Shown here piece by piece: positions 19,647-29,519 of a stretch of DNA of 32,000 nucleotides (its first letter is position 1; every line of letters starts with the position of its first letter). The position numbers and the translations under genes are program-made. The DNA comes from Candidatus Nitrosopumilus koreensis AR1 (GTDB taxonomy: Archaea > Thermoproteota > Nitrososphaeria > Nitrososphaerales > Nitrosopumilaceae). The notes beneath the pieces are model-generated. The model searched no databases, was not told the origin of the DNA, and was given only the letters and a program-made list of their open reading frames with translations. The stretch is from positions 390,001-422,000 of the forward strand of contig NC_018655.1 of assembly GCF_000299365.1 (NCBI RefSeq). The letters are read 5' to 3'.

Positions 19647-20530
19647 CTTGGAATCAGTTCAACTTCCTGTGTAATTTCATCAGTCAGAAGTGGAAGCTCT
19701 TCATGACTTAGTCTGTGCCATTCTTTTTTGTAAGGGATCACTCCCAATTTTACTTTCATTTGAACTGATTTTGCTTCTTGAGCTACTTTCAGAATCATAA
19801 TTGATTTAAAATCATTTGTTCCATGAAGTTCTGATTCCATGTTATACTTCCAAAAAATTTCAGGATCATTTAATCCAGATACTTCTATTGAAGCTTTTTT
19901 GTATTCGTACTGGAATGGTCCTAAAATAAAATTCGATTTAAGATTGCCATCAACCTTAACATCAGCAAAAGGAATAGGTTGTCCAATTACTTCTGGTACT
20001 GAAAACTCTAAATCAGCATTAATTCCAAAAGAGCCTGAAACATTTGCCTCAAAATATTTTTTGTCTTTTCTTCCCGGAAATAATTGAGTGGGGAATGTTT
20101 TCCTATTGTCTTTAACTACATCATCGCTTAATTTTACATTTAATTGTGCAGTTTTTGGAAACAGACCTTTTTTCAACATTAAGCCAAAAAAGAATTCAAT
20201 TAGATAGAAATCATATTTCATAGTTTCATGTTGTGTGATTATTTTTGGAGGTATTTTTTGTTCTGCATTTTTATACATTGGAATAAGTGGCGTTGAATCT
20301 ATTTGGCTTGAAATTCGTATTCCATCTTCATATGTTTTGATAATTTCATCATCAAATTGTTTTTGAATATTTAATTCTGGTACTTGAATTTGTTCTGTTA
20401 TCGTACCACGTTTAACAGTTCTAATTTTACCTGGTTGACTTGCATCTCTATCAAATTCTAGTTTGCGTTCAAGAGATCTAATTTGTGTTTTATCAAAAGA
20501 TACTTTTTTTACAATGGGGTTGTTTGTCAT
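19643..20530 (-). CDS. Unknown protein translationally coupled to CHAT gene
   Basis: 295 aa; its TGA overlaps the CHAT ATG (ATGA, 19646-19643). No family recognised. Confidence 0.8.
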   Translation of the reverse strand: MTNNPIVKKVSFDKTQIRSLERKLEFDRDASQPGKIRTVKRGTITEQIQVPELNIQKQFDDEIIKTYEDGIRISSQIDSTPLIPMYKNAEQKIPPKIITQHETMKYDFYLIEFFFGLMLKKGLFPKTAQLNVKLSDDVVKDNRKTFPTQLFPGRKDKKYFEANVSGSFGINADLEFSVPEVIGQPIPFADVKVDGNLKSNFILGPFQYEYKKASIEVSGLNDPEIFWKYNMESELHGTNDFKSIMILKVAQEAKSVQMKVKLGVIPYKKEWHRLSHEELPLLTDEITQEVELIPR

Positions 20531-20592
20531 AAACGTCTGAAGATATTATAATTAATAATATTTTACTAATTCAATTTACTGAAATAATTATG

Positions 20593-20642
20593 AATATATG
20601 ATTATAATAAATATATAAATATATGATTATAATAAATATATA
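20593..20642. repeat. Perfect 25-bp tandem duplication
   Basis: aatatatgattataataaatatata x2 (20593-20617, 20618-20642). Confidence 0.95.
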
Positions 20643-20729
20643 AATAAATTATTTTACTCAAAATCTGTTTTAGGGTCAAAATGTGGCTGAATCCAACCCA
20701 AAAATTCTAAATGACTATTAAAATCAAAA

Positions 20730-20873
20730 TTATTTGATATTTTTTCTTAGGGTCTCATTAACCACACTGGAGAAACTTACCCTCTCTGATGATTCCCTGA
20801 TTTGCTTTGCTTGTTTCTCTCGAAGTTTTTTGAAAACGTCTTCATCCATAACTATGGTGATGCGCTTTCCCAT
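20730..20873 (-). CDS. Small ribbon-helix-helix/antitoxin-like protein (47 aa)
   Basis: Manual translation MGKRITIVMDEDVFKKLREKQAKQIRESSERVSFSSVVNETLRKNIK matches the RHH beta-helix-helix pattern. Confidence 0.6.
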   Translation of the reverse strand: MGKRITIVMDEDVFKKLREKQAKQIRESSERVSFSSVVNETLRKNIK

Positions 20874-20926
20874 ATGTCCAACTCTCTACGTGTAGTTATT
20901 ATACCTCACGCATATTTTTTACGTGA

Positions 20927-21232
20927 TTAATACCACAAGTCTGCATTGTTTTTCATGTTTCTGATAATCAGTGGATCTTCTAATGTTTTGACATCACATG
21001 AAAATGCTAATGAGATTATCTTATGATCTACGTATCTTTGGAAAAACAAATCCAGATCCCAGCATGGATAAAAGTAATGGAAATGAAGCACTCTGGGTAT
21101 GTCGTAATGGTCTGCAAGACTGACTATTCTGTATGGCAATGACTCTATTCTTGATAAACATGTGTTACAAACTGGCATGTCATCATTTTCTTCATTTAGG
21201 ACAATCATAGGGTGGGAACTTTGGTATATCAT
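20927..21232 (-). CDS. Hypothetical protein
   Basis: 101-aa ORF with CxxC (VCNTCLSRIE). Confidence 0.4.
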   Translation of the reverse strand: MIYQSSHPMIVLNEENDDMPVCNTCLSRIESLPYRIVSLADHYDIPRVLHFHYFYPCWDLDLFFQRYVDHKIISLAFSCDVKTLEDPLIIRNMKNNADLWY

Positions 21233-21252
21233 AAAACATTTAGTTAACAGGT

Positions 21253-22071
21253 ATGTTTAGTACTCAACGGGGATTGTGTATGGTCAGTGGAGCTGAATTA
21301 ATTTTGGAATTATCAAGTTCACAAAGAATGGACATACTTCAACTTCTTTCAGCTACTAATTTGAAAGCATCAGAGATTGCAAAAAAATTGAACACGTCAA
21401 TTCAGGCAATATCCAGACATGTTGACAGATTACATGCTGCAAAACTAATTGAAAAAAATGAAGATGGAATTTACAAACTAACTGTAATTGGTAATGCTTT
21501 GTTGCATCAATACCCTTTTTTTGAGTTTCTTGGCAAGTATAGGGATTATTTTGAAACACATGATTTCTCAGGAGTGCCAGATCACCTGTTAGTTAGGATT
21601 GGCGACTTGTTAAACTGTGATCTAGAAACCAATACCATGAAAGCACTACAACGTTCACGAGACTGGGCAGCTAGTATGGAAAAATGGGTTAAAGGTGTGA
21701 CATTTACAATACCCCTTGAGTACTATGAAACTGTATCTAAAAGCATGAGAAATGGAGCAACTCACAAGATTGTTTTTGGAAAAAACTCTGTTGTTCCTAA
21801 CGGGTATTATGATCATCCTAGAAGAAAAGAATGGGAACAATATATTGAATCAGGACAGATACAAGAAAAAATTGTAGAAAGTGTACCACTTGTTGTTGGC
21901 TTGTCTGAAAAAGAGGCTCATCTTATCTTTGCAAATAAAAAACTAGGATATCCTGACATAAAAGGCATATTTTTTAGCAAAGATCCTAAGTTCAGAAAAT
22001 GGTGTGAAGACTTGGTGGATTATTACTGGACGTTGCCAGAAATAAAAAATTTCAAATTAGTTGAAAAATAA
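21253..22071 (+). CDS. Winged-helix transcriptional regulator, FilR1/DUF1724-like (ArsR-type wHTH plus effector domain)
   Basis: QRMDILQLLSATNLKASEIAKKLNTSIQAISRHVDRLHAAKLIEKNEDGIYKLTVIG, then HDFSGVPDHLLVRIGDL...GIFFSKDPKFRKWCEDLVDYYW. Confidence 0.8.
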   Translation: MFSTQRGLCMVSGAELILELSSSQRMDILQLLSATNLKASEIAKKLNTSIQAISRHVDRLHAAKLIEKNEDGIYKLTVIGNALLHQYPFFEFLGKYRDYFETHDFSGVPDHLLVRIGDLLNCDLETNTMKALQRSRDWAASMEKWVKGVTFTIPLEYYETVSKSMRNGATHKIVFGKNSVVPNGYYDHPRRKEWEQYIESGQIQEKIVESVPLVVGLSEKEAHLIFANKKLGYPDIKGIFFSKDPKFRKWCEDLVDYYWTLPEIKNFKLVEK

Positions 22072-22666
22072 AATGTTACAAAACACTTCTGAAAAAATTG
22101 ACAATTTGATCTCAAAAAAAATTCAGGGGATTGATTTTTTGGCAAACAATGAACTGTATTTTTCTAGTCACAATTTTGGTGATGTGCCCGACTATCTTTT
22201 ATCTCAGATAGAAGCATTTTCATCCTGCCGTGTGTTGAGTTCCGTCTGGTCTTCCCATTCATACTGCCAAAAAATTATCAGTGACTCTGAAAAGTTTGTT
22301 TATTGCATATTCACTCAGCCTCCGTTTCTTTTGGCAGATATCTTTTATCAGAAATTACAAAGTGGAACTCCATTGAAATTTCTTTTTGGAAAAAACAGTG
22401 ATATCCCAGAATGCAACGATCTTGTAGACAAACTACAACTTGACAAACCAAAACTTGACACACAACTTAAAAAACGAATGTGTGATCATGTGGCAGCTAA
22501 TCTCATAATGTCTGACAGTGGTGCGTGTTTGATGCTTCCAGACAATAACAATGCGACTGATATGGTTATGGGAATTGCAGGAAATGAAAAGCCGTTTCTT
22601 GATTGGTGTGTTTCTTTTTTTGAATACAAATGGAATACTGGAGAAATGTTTGCAAGGTTACGATAA
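22061..22666 (+). CDS. FilR1/DUF1724-like domain protein lacking a wHTH
   Basis: HNFGDVPDYLLSQIEAF...GIAGNEKPFLDWCVSFFEYKW parallels the upstream gene's C-terminal two-thirds. 11-nt overlap with it. Confidence 0.7.
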   Translation: MKNKMLQNTSEKIDNLISKKIQGIDFLANNELYFSSHNFGDVPDYLLSQIEAFSSCRVLSSVWSSHSYCQKIISDSEKFVYCIFTQPPFLLADIFYQKLQSGTPLKFLFGKNSDIPECNDLVDKLQLDKPKLDTQLKKRMCDHVAANLIMSDSGACLMLPDNNNATDMVMGIAGNEKPFLDWCVSFFEYKWNTGEMFARLR

Positions 22667-22807
22667 ATGTTGAGTAGTAAACAACACTTGGATGTTGATT
22701 TTTTAAAATTTTGTTTTAGATGTGGATAAAAACAAACTAAATGTTTAATGCTAAACGTCTTTGTTTAGTTTATCTTTAATAGTTTATTATAATCCTAAAT
22801 TCTGAAA

Positions 22808-25800
22808 TTGCGGAATTTTCTATATGTTATCATATTTTCGATCATGTTAGTCACACAACCTTTGATAATCTCTTCTTTTGCAGATTCTACATACAGTCAG
22901 AACGAGTCTATGGGCAATCTTGAAGTTGACTGGGGAGAAACAGTAACTATATCGTCTGGTACTACCATAACAATAACCACGCAAGGTACTGTGACAGTAA
23001 GTCAAGAAGGAGTATTGATAAACAATGGTCACCTCATACTGGAAGAATATTCTGAATTAACTAACAGTGGCACAATCAAAAACAACGGGATAATTACAGT
23101 TAACAGTGTATCTGAGTTACACAATCTGGATGGAGCTTCTATAATCAATAATGGAATTATTGATCTTAAACCTGCTCCTGATGGTGGTTTACTAGAAAAC
23201 TTTGGAACCATAACCAATACATGTGAAGGTCAGGTCAACGTACCCTACCAAAACCAATTTTCTGGTAATCAGCCGATAAATGATTGTCAAGATACTGCAC
23301 CAAAAGATGATGATCAAGACAACGATGGAATACCTGACAAATACGATGAATGCCCCGTAGATCCTAACAATTTATGCAAAGATTCCGACAATGACGGAAC
23401 CCCTGATCCAAATGATCCATGTCCAGAAGATCCTGATGATTTGTGTTTAGATTCCGACAATGACGGAAAAATTGACAGGTATGATCCTTGTCCTAATGAT
23501 CCTAATGATGGTTGTATAGATAGTGATGGTGATGGTATACCCGATTCTAGTGATCCTTGTAAATATGATCCAATCAATGGATGTGCAGATACTGGTGATT
23601 CCGATAATGATGGTTTGGATGATGGCATAGATGATTGCCCAAACCAACCTGAAACACAAAACGGTTATCAGGATTCTGATGGCTGTCCAGATACTGCACC
23701 AGAACAAAAATCAACAACTGGTACAAATGACTCTGACAATGACGGCATACCAGATGATAAAGATTATTGCATAAACGATCCTGAAACAGTGAATGGGTTT
23801 GAAGATTCTGATGGCTGTCCAGATTCTTTGCCTAAAGAAAGCTACCAAACGCCAACAACAAATAAAATTGAACCCAGATTATCTACAACATCTGATTCAT
23901 CAGGAAACACTAACATCAGAATTGATTTTATTAACACAAATACTGGAAAACCACAAGAGCAAATTGATTATAGGCTTGAGATAACAGGTAATGGCAAAAC
24001 AGTTTTTGGCCCTACTGGTCTTTCACATACCTCTTTTAGTTCTCTCTCATTTAATCTGAATCTCCCACCAGGAAATTATGAAGCAAAAATAACAATTGAA
24101 GGAGTGATGTTTGAATTATCATCTCCTAAAACAACTAACATTGGTTTTACAGTTGGACAGACATCTTTTATTCAATCATTTTCTGATCTTGCATTATCTG
24201 TAAAACATGATCCTTCAAATCAAGAACCAGTAATTGATGAATTTCCAATATTTTATGTCACTGTTACAAACTTGGGTCCAGAACCCACGTCTGACTTTTT
24301 CTTAAAATTTGAAACAGACCAATCAAGTCAGAGATTACACTATATGCCAGATGAATGTCAAGACATTTTGTGTGCAAAACCCATCTCTGATTTTACTCAA
24401 TCATTACAGGATAAAGTGTTGCAACCTGGACAAAGCATAACTGCCAAGGTGGTATCTGGATTTAACACCCAAAACAAGGTCACAACAGGATACAAAATAT
24501 GGGAAATAATACTAGATGTGCCAGAAGGAACAGATACAAACCGTGGAAACAACTTTGCCAAAATTCAATATTCTGTAGGCTCTCAAGTTTTGGATACTGA
24601 TGAGGATGGCATTGCAGATTCTGTAGACAGATGTGTCAATCAGAAAGAAATTTTCAATAATTTTGATGATGCTGATGGATGTCCAGACAATGCAGATGAT
24701 AAAGATGCAGATGGAGTGTTAGATGTGATTGATGAATGCCCTTCTGAAAAAGAAACTAGGAACGGTTATCAAGATTCTGACGGTTGTCCTGACAGAAAAC
24801 CCCAACAAGAAATGCGTGTAATGCCTGATTATGTGGCAAGTACTGTGGGATACTGGACTGCAGGACAGGTATCTGATAATGAATTCAAAGATGCCTTAGG
24901 CTATATGATAAAAGAGAAAATTATCTATGTTAATCCTGTGCCTAATGTGTCATGTGGTGACACAGGAATTCCCTCTTGGATACGTGACTCTTCATCATTC
25001 TATGCTCAAGGATTAGTGTCATCTACAGAGTATCTTAATTCTATTGAATATATGGTAAATAATGGAATCATATCTTCTAATGGTGTGGGTTGTGAATCTG
25101 TGAAGAAAATCTCTCTTTCCTGTCCTTCACCATTCGAACAAGATGAATCTACATCTTCTAATATTCAAGTCAATTTTTATTTAGACACTTCATACCGAAC
25201 CTTTGAAAAAGCTAGTGCAACAGTCACAGGAATGGACAGTGATAATGTTTTGCATCAAATATGTTCTCCTGAAGATTATATCAATTATGATTCCTGTGTG
25301 GAACAGGAACGAATTGTAGATGGAACATTGAGCGTTGCAAATTGTTTAGGTGCTGTTGCTGAATTTTCTGATTTTGATAGGCCCACTGGTGTGTGGCCTC
25401 TTGGCTATGTTCTTCCACTAAACGGTTTTGAAAATGGAAAATTGTTCTTAAAATACGAATACCAAACAGACAAAGGCAATTCTGGTACTGTTTATGATGA
25501 CATTGAAGTTAGAAAATCTACTCCAAATCCATTATGGCACGATCATACAGACAACAATCATCTAGATCTGTTTTTGTCGCCTGCAAGTAGCAGTTATCCT
25601 ATCCGTCCATCTCATTTGGATTGTTCTGGATGTCCTCAGGATATTTTAGATAATCCTTCAATATATCAAGAACAAATGTTAGAAAAAGAATTGACATTAC
25701 GCCCTTCAGACAAATTTCAAATTTTTATCGATGATGAAAGATTAGATGATCCTTTAGCTCTTGATATTGCTTTAAAACTTTGGGGAGAAGTATTTGATAG

Positions 25801-26140
25801 AGGTGTAGATCTTGCCACTGGCGGATATTACTTCTGGGGAGGACGTGTTCTTGGTGTTACCAATGCGTTAGATATCACGGACTACCCCACATCTGTAGGT
25901 GATGCAATTAATGAACTGCATGAAGATCAAAAAAAGCATAAAATTTTCGTTATGTTATACAGTGAAAATAAAAAAGAACTATTTCCAGTAATTGCATTAG
26001 AACATGATGATGGGCAATTCATTACATATCCAATCGAAATAAGCCATGTGACTGATGAAGTTGGTGACAAAATAATAGTTTTTTACACCAATGGGTTTGA
26101 TCGAACAGTTTCCTCTACAATTAATGTGGGATTGCATTAA
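22808..26140 (+). CDS. Large secreted protein with thrombospondin type-3 (Ca-binding) repeats and an IPSWIRDSSSFY module
   Basis: Signal peptide; ~8 D.DNDGI.D..D.CP repeats in two blocks; IPSWIRDSSSFYAQGLVSSTEYLNSIEYMVNNGII module. Confidence 0.88.
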   Translation: MRNFLYVIIFSIMLVTQPLIISSFADSTYSQNESMGNLEVDWGETVTISSGTTITITTQGTVTVSQEGVLINNGHLILEEYSELTNSGTIKNNGIITVNSVSELHNLDGASIINNGIIDLKPAPDGGLLENFGTITNTCEGQVNVPYQNQFSGNQPINDCQDTAPKDDDQDNDGIPDKYDECPVDPNNLCKDSDNDGTPDPNDPCPEDPDDLCLDSDNDGKIDRYDPCPNDPNDGCIDSDGDGIPDSSDPCKYDPINGCADTGDSDNDGLDDGIDDCPNQPETQNGYQDSDGCPDTAPEQKSTTGTNDSDNDGIPDDKDYCINDPETVNGFEDSDGCPDSLPKESYQTPTTNKIEPRLSTTSDSSGNTNIRIDFINTNTGKPQEQIDYRLEITGNGKTVFGPTGLSHTSFSSLSFNLNLPPGNYEAKITIEGVMFELSSPKTTNIGFTVGQTSFIQSFSDLALSVKHDPSNQEPVIDEFPIFYVTVTNLGPEPTSDFFLKFETDQSSQRLHYMPDECQDILCAKPISDFTQSLQDKVLQPGQSITAKVVSGFNTQNKVTTGYKIWEIILDVPEGTDTNRGNNFAKIQYSVGSQVLDTDEDGIADSVDRCVNQKEIFNNFDDADGCPDNADDKDADGVLDVIDECPSEKETRNGYQDSDGCPDRKPQQEMRVMPDYVASTVGYWTAGQVSDNEFKDALGYMIKEKIIYVNPVPNVSCGDTGIPSWIRDSSSFYAQGLVSSTEYLNSIEYMVNNGIISSNGVGCESVKKISLSCPSPFEQDESTSSNIQVNFYLDTSYRTFEKASATVTGMDSDNVLHQICSPEDYINYDSCVEQERIVDGTLSVANCLGAVAEFSDFDRPTGVWPLGYVLPLNGFENGKLFLKYEYQTDKGNSGTVYDDIEVRKSTPNPLWHDHTDNNHLDLFLSPASSSYPIRPSHLDCSGCPQDILDNPSIYQEQMLEKELTLRPSDKFQIFIDDERLDDPLALDIALKLWGEVFDRGVDLATGGYYFWGGRVLGVTNALDITDYPTSVGDAINELHEDQKKHKIFVMLYSENKKELFPVIALEHDDGQFITYPIEISHVTDEVGDKIIVFYTNGFDRTVSSTINVGLH

Positions 26141-26306
26141 TCTTAATCCTCTCGATTTTTTGACAGATTTTTATGGCAACACAATATTCAATTCACTATT
26201 CTAGTGTCGGAACAATTTAGTTTTGGATTGTATGTGTGATGTTGATTACTAAACACATTTGTTTAGGAATATTTTAAAACCAATTTTTAATTCTTGATAT
26301 AATTTA

Positions 26307-26492
26307 ATGCATTTATCATATGTTATGATTATCATTACACTTTTTTCTACTATGATTCCTGCATTTGGACAAATTACTCATGATGATTGTGAACATCTGT
26401 CTAATGTCCTTGATGAATCTTTTTTGAAATGGTGTCTTGATTTTTTTGAATACAAATGGAATAGTGGCGAACAATTTGCAAGACTGCGATAG
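26307..26492 (+). pseudogene. Chimeric remnant: signal-peptide-like N-terminus fused to last ~25 aa of the FilR1-like paralogue
   Basis: ...ESFLKWCLDFFEYKWNSGEQFARLR vs KPFLDWCVSFFEYKWNTGEMFARLR of the 22061-22666 ORF. DNA similarity continues past both stop codons. Confidence 0.65.
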
Positions 26493-26555
26493 ATGTTGAA
26501 TAGTGAACAAGATTGTTTAGTTCTTCTTTAATACCTAACTGCTTTCAAACTGTTA

Positions 26556-27980
26556 ATGAAATCTCTGTTGCTTCTAATTACTACAGTTATTTTATTTACT
26601 GTTTCAGGAAATGCATTTGCATTATCATTACCTGTAACTAATTACAGTTTTGAAGATCCTGTATTGGAGGATGGTGAAAGTATTTCTCCCATACCTGGAT
26701 GGACAAATGATGGTGTTACTTCATTTATACTAAATCCAGTTGGAGAAAGTCCTCTTGATGGCAATAATTATGCGCTGATTAAGGAAGGTGGTTCATTTCT
26801 GAAACAAACGGTTTCCACTGTTGAACCAAATAAACAATATGTTTTAACTGCAGACGTATCTGATCAAAGCTCTTCTATTACAGATTATCCTTTTGTTCAA
26901 TTAAGAATTTCAAATGGAGTTGATGCTGTCACTGTGGGGTATGTGATAACAACTAGTGTTTTTCAAACCATTACTGCAACATGGAATAGCTCTACCTCTG
27001 GCTCATCAATAGGCAATCCTATTGAGATTTCTATTGGTTCTGTCAGTGGAGGTGATTTTGCATTAGATAATGTACGGTTTGATGTTTTTGATATTGATGT
27101 AGATACTGACAATGATGGCATAGGTGACTCTGTTGATAATTGTCCAACAGTATCTAATCCAGACCAATCAGATTCTGATGGTGATGGGATAGGAGATTTG
27201 TGCGATGAACCAATTGATAATATTGGAAATACTTCAGTAACTGCAACACTATTGCCTAATGGCGATATTGATGTTGTGTATGGTGATCCTGATGGAATTT
27301 CAAATGTAAAATTCCTCACAGGCCGTGCTGTTAGTACTACTTTTGGTTTTTGTGACACTTTACTCGATGATTATTGGGGATCATTGTCTGATTCCGTTGT
27401 TTTAACTATCGAAGATTGTGTTGATGGTGTAGATCCGGTAAGAACTGATGGAGGAATAAGTGGTGATATAACAAAGTGGCAAGTTGATCTTGATGGAACT
27501 GTAACATGTCTTGAAGGTTCTTGTTTGCCTGAACAGCCAGGACCTCCATCTACTCCTGGTAATGGTAATGGAAACAGCAATCCTCCAGCAAATCCCGGAA
27601 TACCTGAAGAAATACCTGGCAAAGGAAACTCGCCATTCTTAGTTCAAACCTATCACATAATATTGGATGAACCAATAACTTGTACAAGTATTAGTGGAGA
27701 TGTATTCATTACAGATTTTAATGCAGATTTTAGACAAACAGGATTTGATGACCTAGCAATTGATCTTACTCTGGATGCAGAAATCTTTAGACTGTCTGGT
27801 TTTTTGGATCCAACAGAGTACTCGTTTACAACAACTTATGATTCTAAACGTGGACTTATTTCCATGCTTGGTACAATAAATGAGGGTGTTTCAGGCGCTG
27901 TTAATATGGATATTTTTGTTAATAGCTTGAATGCAGTCTGTACTGGAGACTCATCGTTTACAGGACTAGAAGTCCCTTAA
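26556..27980 (+). CDS. Secreted protein with DUF642/carbohydrate-binding-like N-terminal domain and a thrombospondin type-3 repeat
   Basis: Signal peptide; [16 protein letters not shown]...PIPGWTND...[14 protein letters not shown]; [35 protein letters not shown]. Confidence 0.75.
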   Translation: MKSLLLLITTVILFTVSGNAFALSLPVTNYSFEDPVLEDGESISPIPGWTNDGVTSFILNPVGESPLDGNNYALIKEGGSFLKQTVSTVEPNKQYVLTADVSDQSSSITDYPFVQLRISNGVDAVTVGYVITTSVFQTITATWNSSTSGSSIGNPIEISIGSVSGGDFALDNVRFDVFDIDVDTDNDGIGDSVDNCPTVSNPDQSDSDGDGIGDLCDEPIDNIGNTSVTATLLPNGDIDVVYGDPDGISNVKFLTGRAVSTTFGFCDTLLDDYWGSLSDSVVLTIEDCVDGVDPVRTDGGISGDITKWQVDLDGTVTCLEGSCLPEQPGPPSTPGNGNGNSNPPANPGIPEEIPGKGNSPFLVQTYHIILDEPITCTSISGDVFITDFNADFRQTGFDDLAIDLTLDAEIFRLSGFLDPTEYSFTTTYDSKRGLISMLGTINEGVSGAVNMDIFVNSLNAVCTGDSSFTGLEVP

Positions 27981-28270
27981 CTTTTTCATTTGAATATTTA
28001 CTTTAGACTGCAAGAGTATGACGTCCTTAAGGGGAATTTCCTAATTGGTTTGAAACTCTGTTTGAAACTAATCTATTAAGATTCAAATCTGCCTCAAGAT
28101 CTTTATACGTAATATTGGGCATAAATAATAGACATAAAGAATCTTTTTGTGCATAAATAATTTTAGGAAAAAATTTCAGAAAGAAATATTGTAAACATTA
28201 TTTCGAATAAACATTCGGAATAAACAAACTTGTTTACAAATGATCTCTCTTTAACTCCTTAATCTGTGTA

Positions 28271-28639
28271 TTATTTTCTTAAAACATATTTCCAACTTTT
28301 TTCTTCTTTAATTCGGTTGAGCAATTTCTGTTTTAGTGTCAAATCCACTGATAATGCTTTAGAAATTGATGGATTGGGATAATGATATCCCTCCCTTTTT
28401 AATTCTGTTACGATTTCATTCAAAGCCTTTGGATAATTAAAAAAACCATTTCCGATTAACAATCTTAGACCTCCTCTTAATCCTGTATGTTTGGTCTCTT
28501 TTTTGTACTTTTTTTCTTGAAAAACCTCTTTTTCCAATTTACTGACTCTTCTCTCTAATTCTTCGAATCTGTCTTCATTCATGTATGATCTAGGCATATC
28601 TAGTAAATTAATGTTATTCATATTATGTTTACCCAACAA
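28271..28639 (-). CDS. Small protein: coiled coil plus conserved C-terminal wHTH-like domain
   Basis: EERVSKLEKEVF..., GLRGGLRLLIGNGFFNYPKALNEIVTELKREGYHYPNPSISKALSVDLTLKQKLLNRIKEEKSWKYVLRK. The domain is homologous to 29509-29838. Confidence 0.65.
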   Translation of the reverse strand: MLGKHNMNNINLLDMPRSYMNEDRFEELERRVSKLEKEVFQEKKYKKETKHTGLRGGLRLLIGNGFFNYPKALNEIVTELKREGYHYPNPSISKALSVDLTLKQKLLNRIKEEKSWKYVLRK

Positions 28640-28916
28640 ACTTTTGATAAAATAATGTGACTAAGAATTTGATATTTTTAGAAAGTAACTGCTATCTTTT
28701 CTAATTTGATAATTTTTACCTTTATTACTTTATATAGTAAATATTTTTTATTAGAAATGATTTCTATGCTAAGTTTTTTTTATAGGCGTTTTGTAATGTC
28801 AATTATTTGTAAGGTACATAACATATGAATAAAAATAATTTCCTCTTCTAAATATAGGCGTAAAAAAGAATATTACTAATAACAACGTTTTTAAAGTAAC
28901 AATATGAATCACTAAT

Positions 28917-29519
28917 ATGGCTAACGGGCTAAAGGTGGAACTTGACGTAGATGTAAAAAAAATTAGAGAGTTAATTGACTATGCAAAAAAATCAGTTGAA
29001 AATGAAGATGATGAACTAATCAAAAATGAATCATACAAAATCATTCTAAAATTATTACTTGATAGATATTTATCTTCAGAATCCATCCCACAAGGAGCAC
29101 CAAAAATTGGTAGTAATTTAACAAAAAAACAAAATGAATTAGCTAACTTATGTTCAATTACAATCTCTGAATTGTATGATGTTTTTAAGTTTCAAGACAG
29201 CTCTGTGAATTTGGTTGCTGCTATTCAAGGAAGTGACTCTTTCAAACATCTTGTGGGTACACAATGTTATCTTGCTGCATTGGAAGTTGTATATGAAAAA
29301 GATTGGGTAAGTTCTAACGATGTTACTGAATGTATGAGATCTATGGGTGTCAAAGATTTATCTAATCTTGCTACAAACCTCAAAAAACATTCGGACATTT
29401 TTAGAATTAGTGGCACACGTGGTCATAACAAATACAAATTGACTAGCGGTATGGGTAGAAAATCTGCTTTTGATTTTATTCATAAATTAGGTAAAGGTGA
29501 AAGTTTACATGAAAATTAG
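28917..29519 (+). CDS. Unknown ~200-aa protein (family A, copy 1), wHTH-like C-terminus
   Basis: Same architecture as 29866-30459: helical N-terminus, linker, then LANLCSITISELYDVF...YLAALEVVYEKDWVSSNDVTECMRSMGVKDLSNLATNLKK...YKLTSGG-like domain. Confidence 0.7.
   Translation: MANGLKVELDVDVKKIRELIDYAKKSVENEDDELIKNESYKIILKLLLDRYLSSESIPQGAPKIGSNLTKKQNELANLCSITISELYDVFKFQDSSVNLVAAIQGSDSFKHLVGTQCYLAALEVVYEKDWVSSNDVTECMRSMGVKDLSNLATNLKKHSDIFRISGTRGHNKYKLTSGMGRKSAFDFIHKLGKGESLHEN

Noticed and set aside
22734-22771. Nested inverted repeats (aaactaaa/tttagttt and gttta/taaac) upstream of the 22808 gene
   Set aside because: Short arms in very AT-rich intergenic DNA; expected by chance, so not promoted to an operator call.
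23029-23707. Minus-strand ORFs opposite the thrombospondin repeats (23029-23217, 23314-23628, 23447-23707)
   Set aside because: Repetitive SLSESxxxxxGSxGxG and I/T-rich sequences are frame-shadow products of the Asp-rich Ca-binding repeats on the plus strand.
23290-23860. Possible CRISPR or DNA minisatellite in the large secreted protein
   Set aside because: Periodicity is at protein level (DxDNDGIxDxxDxCP) with diverged codons and variable spacing; no conserved DNA repeat with unique spacers.
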